NCBI GenBank assembly: GCA_964057225.1
Contig: OZ059895.1
Location: 18,104,001 to 18,168,000, forward strand
DNA length: 64,000 bases
DNA from: Auanema rhodensis
Lineage: Eukaryota; Animalia; Nematoda
Direction: 5' to 3'
Shown one piece after another: positions 39,681 to 55,270 of this stretch. The translations under genes were made by a program, and so were the position numbers. Position 1 is the stretch's first letter; every line of letters starts with the position of its first letter. The notes beneath the pieces are model-generated. The model searched no databases, was not told the origin of the DNA, and saw nothing but the letters and a program-made list of their open reading frames with translations.

Positions 39681-42600
39681 ACAGGTTGACTGCGATTCAC
39701 ACACACATACACATACACAGAGAGCGACGAAGCCTCCCCAGCATACACATACAGATGTGGCGGATGGAGAGAGAGATAGTCAGAGAACATGATAGGCTGG
39801 CGAGATGGAATGAGAAAAACAGAAAAAAAGAAAGAAAGAGAAAAGGAAGGGTAAGAAACGATGGAATGAAGAGAGCGATAGTGAAGAGACGGACAAACAC
39901 ATACACACGCACAGGCAGAACAGACAAACTGACGTACAACATGAGCCTATGTGTATGTAATGTTAGCATCGTTGTCGTTAGTCGGTTGTCGTTGTTGCCA
40001 TCGTCATGATGAACATGATCGTGTGCCATTTCGTCATTGCCCGAACTACTCAAGACAACGTCTTGTGGTTGACTGCGATTGTAAAAGGTGTGAAAGACTG
40101 ATGTAAAAAGTTTGAAAATAAGGTAAATGAAGAATGTTATGAAATATACATTTAGTTGTGTGGTTATGCTATCATAATGTCAAAAATGAAGAGTCAGAAA
40201 GCTTAATAAGACATCGATGTGGCACATCTCTTTTGTGCGTTCTCTTCCTTTTCTCTCTACCTCTCCATTTCTCGCTCTCTTTCTCTCTCCGATATCACTC
40301 CTTTATTCTTTCTTTTCATTTTTTTCACTTTTCATCCTTTGCAGTAACAAATCATGCAAAAGGGCAATGCCGATCCAGATATGACGGTCGGAGTATGTGC
40401 GTCCTTGTGTGAGAAATTGAGGAAGATGTGAGAATAGTCCCGTGAACAGCATCAGTACATCTGAGGTTACGAAATAGGTCGTGTGTCTGGCTGGTGAGAC
40501 TGACGCTCGTTCACTCCATGTGCCGATCCGTCGCAGAGCCTACAGAACAATAAAATTGATTTGAAATATCATGTACTGTTCGCAGACATTGTGCAGGAAG
40601 AACGTTAAATAGAGGGATGTTTTCTGAAGTTGTGAAGCATCGGTGCATCTATTGGATCTGATATATGTAGTTCAAGACAAGAAAATCATCGTCGTGATGG
40701 AACATCGGGGATCGAGCGCGACAAAACGAGAGATAGACAGAAAGAGGTAGACAGCGAGTAGGAGAGCCATCTAACGACCTCGTTGATTTTCGTCGTCGTT
40801 TGTACGCCTTGTTCTTCATGTATCTGGTAGTTTCGCTGTGTAACCCTTTTTGTCCGGCCCAGTTCGTTACTCACATAAACGGCCCATATAAGGAAGACTA
40901 GACACGAAGGAGATGAAACAACAGCAAGTTACCACAACTAATAGGATTGTTTGTTTATATGGAAAATAGAATATGGAAGCAGGTTATAGATGACAAGGTA
41001 GGCTCATGAGCTTGAATCTGATAGCTGCTGTCGTCACCTGAATGTCATCCTTAGTACCATCATCTGTTATTCATGTCTGCAGAATGTGAGTGTAGATTAG
41101 TAAACTATCATCAATTAATCTTTTGTTCCTTTTTTTTGTTCTTTCTGAGTTTGGTTAAGTATTTGCGACGACAAGAGGAAGAACTGTTCGGGAAAACACG
41201 AGCAAGGTGTGACTACGCTTCATTAAAACAAATATTTGAATCTGATAGGAATAAGTGTGCAGGTCAAAAAGAAGCATCATTTATCAATTTCAGCACCTTA
41301 GTTCTTTATGATGTGTTCTCTTCTTCTTGTACGTCAGATAGTGTTACAGCCATAAAGGATACTCTCCAGCTTTTAGCATCTTTCATGCCTCTCAACCTTT
41401 ATCTCTTTTACAATATCGGCTTAACTTCCAAACTATCACCGGATCAAGCAATGCAAGGCTTAATGCGATAGAAACAACGAAAACAGATATAGTTGGCAAT
41501 ATATGATCAAGAGGAAAGGGAAGTCAAAATGGAAATATCTCGATCGTTTAAATGCGAAATATTTTAATCAAGAAAGCTTGTTAAAACCATGTGATTGAAT
41601 CATACGACAGCATACTAGATAAACAGATGATAAATCTGAATGAGCTAATATGGCGTCATGGTCAACTTATGAGGTTGTTCATTTGGATAAACGAAGACAG
41701 TTTTCCATCTAATATCCGCCTTTTCCGTTGATATTCTTCATCCCTCATTTTGATTGTTTCACATTATTATTCGTCTCTGACGTCATCACTTACTCGAACG
41801 ATGAAAAGGATTAAAGCAACTTGTTTTAATTATAAATTTCCGACATTTAGACAGACTATTTTTATAAATAGAGGTAATAGGGAAAAAATGCGGTAAAGTG
41901 GAGATATCGGATGGGACATTCAGCTTCAAAGCTTATAGCTTTATCTTTTTCTCTCTTTCTCACCAATTTTCATTCATAACTATTTTTCTTTCTCTTTTCT
42001 TTTATTATTTCTCTCTTCCTCTTTCTTTTTCACTATTTTGTTCTGTCTCTGTGTAGTTCTGCATCCGCTTCATTCCTCTATCTCATTCTCTTGCTCTTTC
42101 GCCTTCTCCTTTAACTTTCTCTCGCTTTCCCATTTTTATCCTCTCGTTTACCACCCTCTCCGTCTCTCTTTTTGCTTTCTTTCTCACATTTTTTTCATAT
42201 AAAAAAGCTGAACTACTAGTATTGCTATTGCCTGTTCAGAGGAAAATGAAGCTGCTTTTGGGGTAAGCTTTTTAGGGTTCAAAGGCATAATGTTGAATGT
42301 TAAGCATACACACATGCATATAGCCTAATATAGTCGAATGAAATGGAAAGATGAGCAAGCTAGCTGAGTTAAGAGATCAGACTGAATTGAAATGAAATAA
42401 TGAATTGAAAAAAAGAGAGAAATATCGGAACTGAAGAATAAGAAGTGAAACATCTAAGAAGTAAGTAGCTGAACAGCAAAAAAATCAACTAGGGTTTCAA
42501 TCTCTCTCTTTCTCGTATTCCAGTACTTGCACACATACCCAACTAATTACTTCTTTTCTTTCTTGTATTGTGTCTATTTTTACTGTTTTTTTTCAATTCA

Positions 42601-43625
42601 AAAGATGTTGTAACAACCTTTTCTAACTTTGCATGTCATATGATGTTCAGAGACTTCTAACCGTTCCTGTCCTCGACCAACTATAAGCTGGAGGCCATTT
42701 CTTGATTCCGAAACAGCACTTTCTCTCACGAGATACAGAAAAAAGGAAAATCAAAATCAGCCTAATTAATGGCTCATTTTGATTTAATTAAGTGATGTTA
42801 CACATGTTGAAATTAAAAATTTTCAAGTTATGAAGTGGAATAATGATAACAAAGTAAAAGAAATGAAAAAAATAATATTAATTAGTTCATGAATATGTTA
42901 AAATAACTGAGATATGAAAATAAAAATGTCTAATTAATCCTCTTGTATCTCAAATTACTTCTTACTAAATAACCTAATTATGGATCAAATGACCAATTCT
43001 TCAACTCTTTTCGAGATCATAGACTGCGGATTCTACCTATAAAGCCTATAGCAAACTTCCAAGTCTCACCCGATGTTTCTCCCGATGCTCCTATTCCTCT
43101 CCATTTTCCCTTTTCTCGTTAACCTCTTTCTGCTTGTGCTTCTGTCTTCTCTTATTCCTTCTAATTTGCCGATTCTCCATGACTCTCTGCATATATAAAC
43201 TTTTTTTTCTAACTATTTCAGATATATTTCTAGGCAGTTGTTTAACACTCATGTTTTTTTGTCTCCAGTTTTTTGGGTTTGACATGCCATATTGAAAAGT
43301 CCAACTAATAGCTTGCTCAATAAAGCCAAATCTTGAATCTTATTATTGTGCTACATCGATGCTGCCGTTCATCTCATTCATACTGACAGCTTCCAAGCTT
43401 TGCACGAAAAAAGACGAACAAAATTATACTGAAGTAAGAAAAAAGAAAAAAAAGAAAAGGAAGAAAATGTCGACGACGACAACGACAAAAAGATGTAATC
43501 TAATAAGCTTTCAAAAATGAGAAATAGATAGGAAAAACAATAAAAAAACGCATTTGATAAATCAATAGATAAGATATGATGAAGAATGCCAAATTTCCTA
43601 TAGATGATAAAGAGTAAACCTATTC

Positions 43626-43634
43626 TTTCTCTCT

Positions 43635-43688
<54 letters not shown>
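43626..43688 (+). repeat. Compound (TC)n(TA)n microsatellite
   Basis: Read directly from the sequence. Confidence 0.9.
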
Positions 43689-43689
<1 letters not shown>

Positions 43690-45432
43690 ATTATTATTAT
43701 AATTATATATTTAATAAGAGAGGAAGGAACACAAATATATACATATATGTATATAAAAAAAGAATTGGAGATGTTGACATGGCGAACAGCCGCATCGCAC
43801 ACGCTCACTTCGCTCACGAACCTTCGATACTATTAAGACTGATTTTCGACCATTTAGCTTCAAGCTCTGTTAATATATGGGAATATAAGTAGTCGAATGG
43901 AAACGAAAAAAGAAATGATTATAAACACGAGCAACTGTTTAGTATATTGAGCTTATTCGTAAGTAAGTACATGCGAGTCAGAATAATTTTGATCTGAATA
44001 AAAGCGTTGAGTATAGATTTAGCACAGCTAATAATTAATAATTATATTATAGAATATGAAATGAGTAAAGAGACACAGATTCAAAAAAAAAACACAAAAA
44101 TAATCGTAAAGATATATGATGAAGAAAAGTCATAAATATGCTTCATATTTTTCACTGAAAAATATAAAAGATTGAAATTGATAAATCAAACAAAACATGT
44201 CCAGTATCTGATAAGGAATAGTTCCATCAAAAGCTGGACACATTTTACATCAGCACAATTAGAAAAGGAAAAAAAGGATTTTTCTTTTCTAATACGATGG
44301 ATTAGACAAAAATAGGAATGAGTGCCATAGAATTAACAATCAAGCAATATCATGAACTTGTAGAATCTTGCTACCTCTCTCTCTCTCTCTCTTTCTCTAT
44401 CTTTCTCTATCTCTCTTCATGTTCAAATTAACAAAAATATGTAGTTATGAAAACAGACCGTTTCATGCGCATACAAAACAATAAATGATTTTGAGATCAT
44501 GTTCACCGATTTTATTAAAATCAAAATAAAAATGAATCTTTAAGTATGTGTTTCATAAAATAAAATAAAATATATAATTACTAAAAATTAAAAAAAAATT
44601 ATATAATTTAAAATTCATTTAGAGAATAAAAAAGAAACAGGATCAAGCAACTCAAAATTCTATAAATAGTAAGATTTAGTTAGAATTATTCAATAGAGTA
44701 TATCATAAAGTATATATAAATGTCGAATATTTAATAAAATATCTTTGCAAGACTTATGATTATTATTAAAAAAGAAATTAAATATAATTTAAATGAAGGT
44801 TAGAGAGAATAAAGTTTAAACTAATTATGCTAAAATCAAACGAAACGGATAAATTTGGATAGGTAGGTAAAGCGTTACATAGCAACTCATTTTACATTAT
44901 AATTATTTTTTTATGAAATGCTTTTGAAATTTGAAAATAAAGATGATAAAATAAACTTTAGATTGTATTGTCTATTCTCTTTATGCTAAGTGTATCATAG
45001 ATTTAGTTAGATTGAGGTAACAATTTATGGTTAAAAGAACTGACTGAAGCAGTTTGAATAGTTAGCGGAAGTAGAGCGAAAAGAGAGAATAGAGAACATA
45101 GCACAGACAAATATGGAGAATGAACAAGACGAAATATCGAGAGATGATGAGAGAAGTAGTTGGATATGCAGAGATACATAAGTATATATATATACATATA
45201 TTTATATATATTTGAGAGAGATACAGAGAAATAAAAATGAGGAAGACGATAGATAGTATGTGAGAGAATAAAGGAAATAAAAGAAATATAAGTTTGAAAT
45301 ATGATGTTATGGCTAATCGCATTCTGCATAGTTAAGACAAATTATATAATAAACATGTTGCAACAAGTTACTCTGTGACACGGAGCATATTATCTTCTAT
45401 GGGAGGGTACGAACAAAATAGAAGGACAAAAG

Positions 45433-45553
<121 letters not shown>

Positions 45554-47716
45554 AAAGAAGAGTTAGGTAACTTAGATGAAAGATCTTAAAAGAAAGATGA
45601 AACTACAAGAGAAAAATGAGAAAGAATGGATGAAAAGGGCAAGAGTTTCTGCTGATTACATGAGAAAATTGTAGTTATTATAGTCATTGAGATACACATG
45701 AAGTATTTATATATCTATATGCGTATATGACTCTGCTATTCATATAACTCGTTTGCCATATAATTTGACATTTCAATTAGATTTCTTCATATAGATTATT
45801 CGACAAAAAAAAAGATTTTTCGGATGAAAGAATTGGAAAATAGCTAAAAAGTGAGTTAAAATACAAATAAATGGAAGATAAATACACATTTCTGCAAGTG
45901 TTTCATTTTGATTCTCTCTTTTTTACTCATTGATTATTGTTATTATCAAGTTCGATTACCCTGCCTTATCTATCCTCTCTCTGTATAGCATTACTCTCTT
46001 CTCTCATAGTGATAGTTCTGGACATCCTATCATGGTTTTAGTGAAGCTTTTGCAATTATAATTGTAAAATGCTCATGGGAAAATATAAAACTCTAATTTA
46101 AATAATAAATCATGTTTTCTCATACAAATAAGTTGTAATCATGATATGATTAAGCTGTTAATTACCACACATCTACTTAACCAAAGTACAAATTTTTAAT
46201 AATTGTCTGAAAACGAAAAGAAATAGTAAAAGAAGAGGACATCAGACAACATCTTTGTCAAAAAAAAGAGTTTGTTTTGAAAAAATTATCTGAACATTGA
46301 CATTTATTCACAATTTTATTACAATTGAAAATCAAAAACATTTTTTTCCAAAAGTAATTGCATCGATGAATTTAGAACAAATTTTCAATTCACTTAGGAG
46401 AGAGAGAGAGAAGAGAAAGGAAGGCTTTATCTATTTGGGCAAAAAATCAAAAAGAAGCAGAAGCAAATGGAGGAGATGAAGAAAGAAAAAAGAAAAATTG
46501 GAATGATGGACATTCATTGAATCACAATTTAAATGTACTAAACTGCTACCATATTTGTGTGAAAACAATAAACAATTAAAACATCTGAGAGTAGAAAAAT
46601 GAAGAAACAAAAGCTTTTTCTTTACATATATTGACGTCATACTTTAATCTTTTTATGAGTTTTCATTTTTAATTTTGAAAAATTTGTAGATAATTTCCAA
46701 ATTTAAAAAAAATTGAAATGTAATATGATGAAATGCATAATTGAATGCAAAATATTTTTTTATAGCTTCCGGAACTACCTAATATAATAATGTCAAGCTA
46801 TTTTTAGACAAAAATAATTTATAATTAATATTAGAACTCAACAAAAATGATGATAACCTTAGTTTCATCTTTGTTTTACAAGTTCTTTCACAACATGCTA
46901 CCTGAAGTTCTTTTGGTCCAGTTACTCTCTCTTCTTTAAGTTCTAATTTATGTACACTATATTAGTAAATCTTAATTAGTAAATTTTTTTCAAAGATTTC
47001 TAATTTAGGAAAATGATCCAAAATACCTCTGCAATCATCTCAGGGAGAGGGTGAGAGAGAGGGATAGATGAAAGCAGAGGTGGGAAGAGTTCGAAATGGT
47101 GTCTTTGAAGTAGCAAGTACATCGGCTGGATGAAGCTCTTAATAGAAATGATTCCGGATGGAGAAAGAGAATATGGCGAAGAAGCAAACCCAGTTTGGAG
47201 CACGTCAACAATGTATAATGAATGCTTTTGGTGAAATCAATAAGCAACAAGGGTCTGAAATAGCTGGGAGGCTAGGAGAAGGAGGGTGGTTTTGAGGCAA
47301 TGCTGACTGGGCTGCTGCTTACTTGCTCTCCGTTGGAAAGTCTTTCAGCAATGCTTTTCGCGACGTCCACCATCATCACTACCACTACCACCAACAGAGA
47401 CACGTCAGCTTTTCGTCTTCTCTTCCATCCCATATCCTCTTCCCTCTACTCTTCAGCACGAGACTCCGGGTCTACCCTCAGCTTCTTGCCTTGTCGTCCT
47501 ATGTCTCTATCTGAACTCATTTTCGTTTTCTTTCTTTTTCATAGATTCAAGCATCTCCTTCCATTCCTTCTTATTCTCTTCATCTCTACTCTTATCTCGC
47601 GTTCTTTTCTTTTTTCATCCTTTTTTTAAAGGCTTTACCAGTTCCTCCAAACTGAGATATACCAACCGCTTTCTCCATGTTTAGCCATCTCCTCATCAAA
47701 CAGCGAAGCCTTCATA

Positions 47717-47756
<40 letters not shown>

Positions 47757-48239
47757 CGTATGTATCTCTCTTACACTCTTTCATTCTCCTTTCTTCGTTC
47801 TCTCAAGCTCTAATACCTCATGTGATGTGTACATCCAAAATCATCGTCCTCCACTATTTTTGTGCTTCGATTTGAAGATATAATGAGAAGCTTTTGCTTT
47901 AGCGGCGTTATGGTCATGGAGGGTTATTCAAACAATTTTAATGCGACACAGAAAAATAGATAATAAATGTGAAAAATAAAAGGTTAAAATCAACTTAACC
48001 AATTAAGTAAAAAACGAAATTGAATAAGCTGGAACCGGGGAAAAGAATATTAAGATATAAGGACTTGCAAGGGATCAACTAACTACTAATATGAGATGAT
48101 CCAAATGCAATCATTTGTTAAAAGAAAAAAGAAATAAAGAGATTGATGAAGAAAACAGTGAGAAATTGAAAACAAGAGAAAGAGAGAGAGAACACAAGAT
48201 AAAGAAAGAGAGAGCGAGAGATAGAGAGATAGAGTTAAA

Positions 48240-48276
48240 GAGAGAGAGAGTGAAAAAGAGAGAGAGAGAGAGAGAG

Positions 48277-48335
<59 letters not shown>
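48240..48335 (+). repeat. (GA)n microsatellite
   Basis: Read directly from the sequence. Confidence 0.95.
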
Positions 48336-48338
<3 letters not shown>

Positions 48339-50271
48339 GAATGCTGAAAATCAAATATAATTCGTTTTTTAGGCATATAATTATGATTTTCATATAATGA
48401 TTGTATGTAAATGTACTATGTAATTATTATGAAAAAAGATGAGAAAAGAGAATTTCATCTTCAGTCGTTTTAATTTGAATGTTTGCTAGAAATGCAAAGG
48501 AATACTAACAATAAATGGTCTGCAACTAAAAAAATGATGGTTTTACAAGCAAGTAGAATACAAGTATGATGAGTCACACCTTTGAACCAGAGGTTTTTTT
48601 AACTCAGCACATGATTCATAATGACGTGCTTGATATCAAAAAGAAGGATGATGAAGTCAATCTGACTGAGATTGTTCCAGAAATTGAGAATAGATCGACG
48701 AATAGAGCTTGCACGTTTATCACACATTCAAGCATAGACATATACACATTCACATACTCTATACATGTCACAATTTCGCGGAAACAAAGAGAAATTGTGA
48801 ATTTTTGGCTGTAATATATGTATTTCATTAAAAAGTTCATTTTAAGTGCATCAATGTTTGGTTGTGCACACAAAAAAAACTTTAAAGATAGATGCTGCTA
48901 TGCTGCTAGTAAATAGCATAACCTAGTTTAGAATAGTAATAGTACTAGGATGAAGTTCAAATTGTGCCGAAATGAATGCTCATGTCATCAATAAAAGTTC
49001 AAAAATATTTTTTTTATTTGAATTAGAATAATTGGCTAGCTATAAAAAGTAATTTTTGTGTTTAAAAAATATGGAAAAATGATATAACTTTAAAATATTT
49101 TAATATGTAAGAGTTTTCTTTTCTCATTAGTATTCATATCTCTTTTATTGCTTTAAAAAGATAGAGAGAGAGAGAGAGAAAGAGAGACAAAGAGAGAAAG
49201 AAAGAAAGAGAGAAAATGATGAAATTTGTCGAAACGTTGTGTATAACATTTTTTTTGTTGGTAGTGAGCACCGATTGAGCTAAGAGATAATGCAAAATAG
49301 TGGAGAATAAGAAGAAAAAAATGCTTTACATATTAAAATTATATAAAATATTCTTGGATTCATACATAGACATATATATGTATATATATATGTGTGTATA
49401 TAGTTTGAAGTAAAAACTTGTTTCAAACTTCATTTAGCTGTTTCAAGAACATTGAACTGAGAATTGAGATTTAGATTAAACGGTAACAGCAGAAACAACA
49501 ACTAGCAAAATGTGAATAGACATGAGAAATAAAAGATTAAACGATTGATTAAGTTAATTAACGTATAAATTAGTTTAATATATATAGTTTTATATTTAAT
49601 AGATATGTAGAAATAGTTAATATAGCTAGTTTAGAAGATATCCATGCAATATCGTTTCATAGAATTATTTAAAAGATCAGTGCAAGTAGAGAAAAATAGA
49701 GCTGAAGACAGGAAGCCAGAAAGAATAGGAAAGCGTGAACAGCAGGAGCATCAAAAGAGTGGCTATTCGAGAATAGTGAGAATAAGAAATTTTTTCTTCA
49801 GCTTTATGCTCATGAAGTGGAATAAGTAGACGTATGTTTATCTGTTAAAATATAAATATATAAAGGAGCATTTTGATAGATTAGCTGAGTTTTTGAGGAT
49901 GAACATGGGTGAACCCATTGATGAATAAATGATTTTCGTATGTCTCAAGTCAGAGAAGATGAAACATACATTTATACAGATAAAGAGAGAGAGATCGAGA
50001 GAGAGGAAGAGATTGCGATAGAGAGTGAAGACGACGCTTTCCAATCATATGATTGCGACATGACACATTCACTTAAATGGATCATGTGAAACTGAAGGTG
50101 AACAAAGAAAAAAAACAAAAAAAAACAAAGAAGAATGTTGAAATACTGAGACTTCAGAGAGAGAGAGAGAGAGAAATAAATTAAAGAAAGATTATGTGTG
50201 GTACAGAGGGAGGTAGGAGGGAGGTAGGGAGGGGGAGAGAAATAGAGAGGGAAAGAGAGAGGAGGGAAAAA

Positions 50272-50274
<3 letters not shown>

Positions 50275-50339
<65 letters not shown>

Positions 50340-50350
50340 AAGAGAGAGAA
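50275..50350 (+). repeat. (GA)n microsatellite
   Basis: Read directly from the sequence. Confidence 0.95.
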
Positions 50351-51732
50351 AGAGATTAGTTAGGTACTCTGAGAAAGTTTATATAAGACATGAATGAGAG
50401 AGATGCACACATTAAAAACTAAAATGAAGGTATAGAACAATTGAAGAGTGAATAAGCTGGAAACAAGCTATGAAATAAGTAAAAAGAAACTTAACTTCAA
50501 TGAATGATGAAATGATTCAGTAGTTCAGAGAGCTATACAGAGAACGGGTGAAAGAGAAAATGAGAAGAGGGATGTGAAAAGGAAGAAGTTAAAGAAGAGT
50601 TGGATATCTCGGTGACAGAATCAGGAAGTAATGATAAAGTATGCTGTGAAGCCAAATAATATACTCAGCATAATACTAAGTATGTGTGAGAATTTAGATG
50701 AACATGCATGGGCTATGAATGGAACTCATTAAGATCGTCGTTGTCGTCAATCCAATTACAATTATGCAAAATGTGGTTTTGGATTGTTTAGCATGATAAA
50801 AGAGGAATATCAATTGCATAATTTTTGTTAAATTTCATTGTATTTGCTTGAAAATAAGATATAATAAGTTGCAAGATATAATAGCAATAGGATGAGAACA
50901 AGCTTTTATGCTTTACACTCAGCTTTTATGTTGTTAATTGAGCCATTTTCTGTTCATTTAAACGAAGTGGACATAGAAAAAAATGCCTGCTAGCCCTGAA
51001 TGTGGCCGATGATGAAGAAAATGATGAATTTTAAGACCGAAAAATGGCTTGTTGAGGCTAAGAAAAAAGAAAAATTGATTAAGTATTCATTCAAGTAACA
51101 GGAATAGTTCTGTCAAACCCTTTTCCTATCTTCGTCTTCGTCTTCTATTCCAAACCTTGATACCATCTGTATCCTACGGGTAAAAACATATATAATGTTC
51201 TCGAATAGAAGGTGTACAGTCATCTTCAGGACCAGACATACCCACATGCCTACATATACACACCCTTACTTAAAGAATCTGAATTTATGATACAATGACA
51301 TGTCTGACGTTCACGTGAGAATTTGGAAGAACATTCATGATATACTTCTTTTACTTCTTTTCACTCGAACACTCCCTGTTCTTTCTCTATATGTACCTTG
51401 ACGAATTCAACGAAATAAGTTTAACTCATGTGCTTTCCAAGTCACTTCTAATTTTAAAACCATATATACATATAGCATATTATATATAAATATAGATATG
51501 CAAGTGAATCAAAGCTATAAATATATTTTTCCATTTCTCGTACTCATTTACTTCATCAAAGATTTGTGGCCTGACAATCTATTGAATTGGTGGGCCGAAG
51601 TATTGTTATTGCATATTCTTGCTCTTCCGTTTTGCATTCTCCTTCCAGCAAGACATTGTCTTTGCTTTCGTTTTTTCTGACGTATTCCCTCTTCCTTTTC
51701 TATTATCTTAATAGTTCAAACACTCATCTCGG

Positions 51733-51816
<84 letters not shown>

Positions 51817-51831
51817 TTCTCTCTTCTCTCT
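51733..51831 (+). repeat. (TC)n microsatellite
   Basis: Read directly from the sequence. Confidence 0.95.
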
Positions 51832-54800
51832 TAATTTCTTTCCATTACTTAGAGTCTGGAATAACTGATGAATACATAATAAAGGCGAAAAATGACTATC
51901 TGAGTTGGAAGGAGGGGAGATGTCAAAAAAATTTCAATGTGATTCTTTTTTACAAAAAAAAAACACAAAGTACGTTTGATGGCAATTTCAACTATACGCC
52001 AAAACGAATGGCTATTTCAAATGGTTAGCTGAATTTCTTATTTCATTCGTTATAACTATATTTGTATTATTATCATTTAATATAATCAGTCAAAGATCAT
52101 CTATCTTTGAAATTAATGATTGAAATGAAAATTAATGAAATAAATAGAAAAAAAAAAGAAGAAGAAAAAAAATTAGAAAAATGTGTAGAATTTAGAAATG
52201 TGAGTCAAATAAAAATATTTTAATTTATTCTGCCTCATATTTGAAATATGAATGACAAGGTGTTAATTATCCTTCAACAATCTTTTTTTTTTCATTTTAT
52301 GAATTTTTAATTACTGTTCCCTTCTCTATGCCTTTTCTCTATCCGTTTTTTCTATCCTAAAAATTTTAATAAAGCTAAAAGAATATGATATTTTATGGTA
52401 ATATGATCATTTATGATCACTTTCACTCGTTTAGATGGATATACATATGTAAGTGTATATACTATACAGATTATAAAAGTATATTTGAGTATATTATATT
52501 ATTCATATGTATGAATGTTTTTATATCTACATAAATATTTAGAGATATTGATGATTATATTTTTGTTAATTTCTAAGAAAATATGAGAAGAGAGAAAGAT
52601 ATAGAGCAGCAATAGAATGAATTGTCATCGAAATAGAAAACACATGGACATATTACTTGGTTAATGCAGGACAGCATTTATGCTAGGACACCACCACACA
52701 GAAACATAAAAACGGGAGGAAGGGGGGATACACGAAGAAATACTATTGAATGTATGTGTGTAGGTGAAAAAACATGTTGTTAGTAGACAGAGAGAGAGAG
52801 AGAAAGAAAGAAAGAAAGAGAGAGAAAGAGAGAGAGAAAGAGAGAGAAAGAGAGAGAGGACAAGGATAGGAAGGGAGGAAAGAGAGAGAGAGAAAGAAAG
52901 AACGAAAGAAAGCATAAATGGATTGAAATGAAATGAAGTAAAAAAAAGGAAGAAAAGCCGAATACTTAATGAAAAAAGTGAAAAAAGGGCAGAAAGGTTG
53001 TGGTTAAATGCTTTGAGACAGCATTAACTAATGAAATATATGAAAAAGATTAAAAAGCATAATATCATTGAAGTAAAAATGAATTGAATATTAGATTATT
53101 ATAAAGACACTAGTTCGCACATTTGTTAATTAATTTAATTTTTATATTAAAAATCAAAAAATAACAGACAGAAAACAAAATTTAGATGTGAGCTCAGAGG
53201 GCAGTATGATGTCGGTATTGCCCTTAGGATAGTGCTGTTTTTTGAAAAAAAAGGAGGGTAAGAGTTCAGTTTTACGCAAACACATCCAGCCAAGCTTCAT
53301 CACAATATTGTCGTCGTGCAATTATGTGTTGAAATCATTCGTCTTCATATTTCCCATCTTTTGAACATAAACCATTAGAATGACCAGAGGAACGTGTGGC
53401 AAGTAAGGGGAGCAAAAGAAAGCGAAAAGAAAGTGAGTAAGAGACATAAATATATTGAGAGAGGAGAAAGAGAGAAAGAGAGAAAGAGAGACAAATTAAT
53501 TAGGTGGAGAGAGAGAGAGAGAGAGATAGAGAGAGAGAAAGAGGAGAGTTGAAGAATGACGTGGGAGCAGAAAAAAAGAGATTGGCGTTCCTATTTCTCT
53601 TGAAAACACAGACAGATGCAATATGGGATATAGCATCAGAAATCTGAAGACTGAAGCGGAATATATGTACGTCTTTGAAACAAAAACATTATGGTTACTT
53701 TGATCTCCTCGCTCTCTCTATTTTATTCTCTCTTTCTATGTATCTCTCTCACTCCTTATCTTCGGCTCTCACTGTCTCATTCGTTTTCTTGAGCATGATT
53801 GCATTTTTTCGTCTTTGTTTCCTTTGTAGAAAAATATAGCAGAAACTGTTTTTCTAGATAGTTCATGAATATTTCTGATAATTTTCATAATTTCCACATT
53901 TTTTCAAATAATGTAGACGACTATCATTGTTTCGGCTATTTACTCCCCCCCGGGTGGGATATAGAGAGAGTGTAGTTGGTGCTAAAAATATGAAATATGG
54001 AGAGATGTATATAGAGAGAAACAAAAAATATATATATATAGAGAGAGAGAAGATTTTGAACATGTTGTTCTTGTAAATGAATGAGAAAAACAGATTTTTG
54101 AACTTTTCTCTTGAAAAAATTTTTTTATTCAAACAAAGGATTCGATAGGTCAACGTCGTCAATGATGTTCTCACGCCAGTTGACAAGACTGAAGTGAATA
54201 GCTTTGATCGAATATGAAAAGCAATAAGCGACTGCATCCACCGAATCCTCTGATTTATGTTCACGTCATCATGAAATAACATCTGTTTTCTAATGGGAAT
54301 AGACTGAAGAGAATTTGTAGACTCAAACGAAGGAGATAGTAGATGAGGTGAAGAAAGAATGAAGGCTGAAAAAAAATGGAATCCTTGAACTAAAAGAATA
54401 AATTATCAAAAGACGTGCTGTAGATAGGTTCGGATATAAATTTATTATTTCAAATTAGACAGCTATGGAAGAAAAACGGAAAAAGAGCCTGAGGCATACG
54501 AGGTGCATTACGTTATACACATATCTCTCAAATCGTCGAAGTGAGAAATTATTATTTTTTTTTCAAAAAATATGGTTTTGAAGGAGCATGAAATGAATCA
54601 TAAAACGTTTGCTGTCGGAAAACTCGAAGAGGAGCAAAAGAAGAAAATGAAGAAGGAATGAAAGATGGGTAGGAAGAAGAGAAGTAGTAGATGGATGAAT
54701 TGTGAGCATAGTAATGTTATTTAATCGTCTACCAGTATCAGAAATGCACATAGTCAGCTAAGTCTAGTGATTGTTCTTCTCACCAAAAAAAAAGTGAAAG

Positions 54801-55238
54801 AACGATAGAAGAGAAGAAGAGATTTTCATGGTGAAGACAGACGATAAAATTAAAGAGGTATGAAAGCGCGTTGTCGATCAGAGATAGAATAAAAATAAAT
54901 CCTACAGATGCTCATGACTGTCAGAGATTTAGATTTATAAATGATGAGTGATATCTAGATAAAATTTAGATAGAGATAGAGAGAAGGAGAGAATCAGAAA
55001 GAATTGGCAGAAGAAGCGAAATGTTTTTATAGAGCAGTTGAATGGAAAACAAAACGAATAACAGGCCAGGATGCTGAAGAAAATGACACAGAGACAGGCA
55101 AGCCTATGGCAGGGCCAGCTAGGCAAGCAGACAAACGAACACAAGAAGAAAGCGAAAGACGGCCGTTTAGAACGACGAAGTCTATGACGACAACGAGAAA
55201 GAACGAATAAAATAACCGATATGTGCTCGAGGAAACAG

Positions 55239-55270
<32 letters not shown>

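Noticed and set aside
47027-47047. Minus-strand TCCCTGAGA matching the lin-4/miR-125 5' end, near a hairpin
   Set aside because: The seed starts inside the loop on the wrong arm, and the stem is too short for a pre-miRNA.
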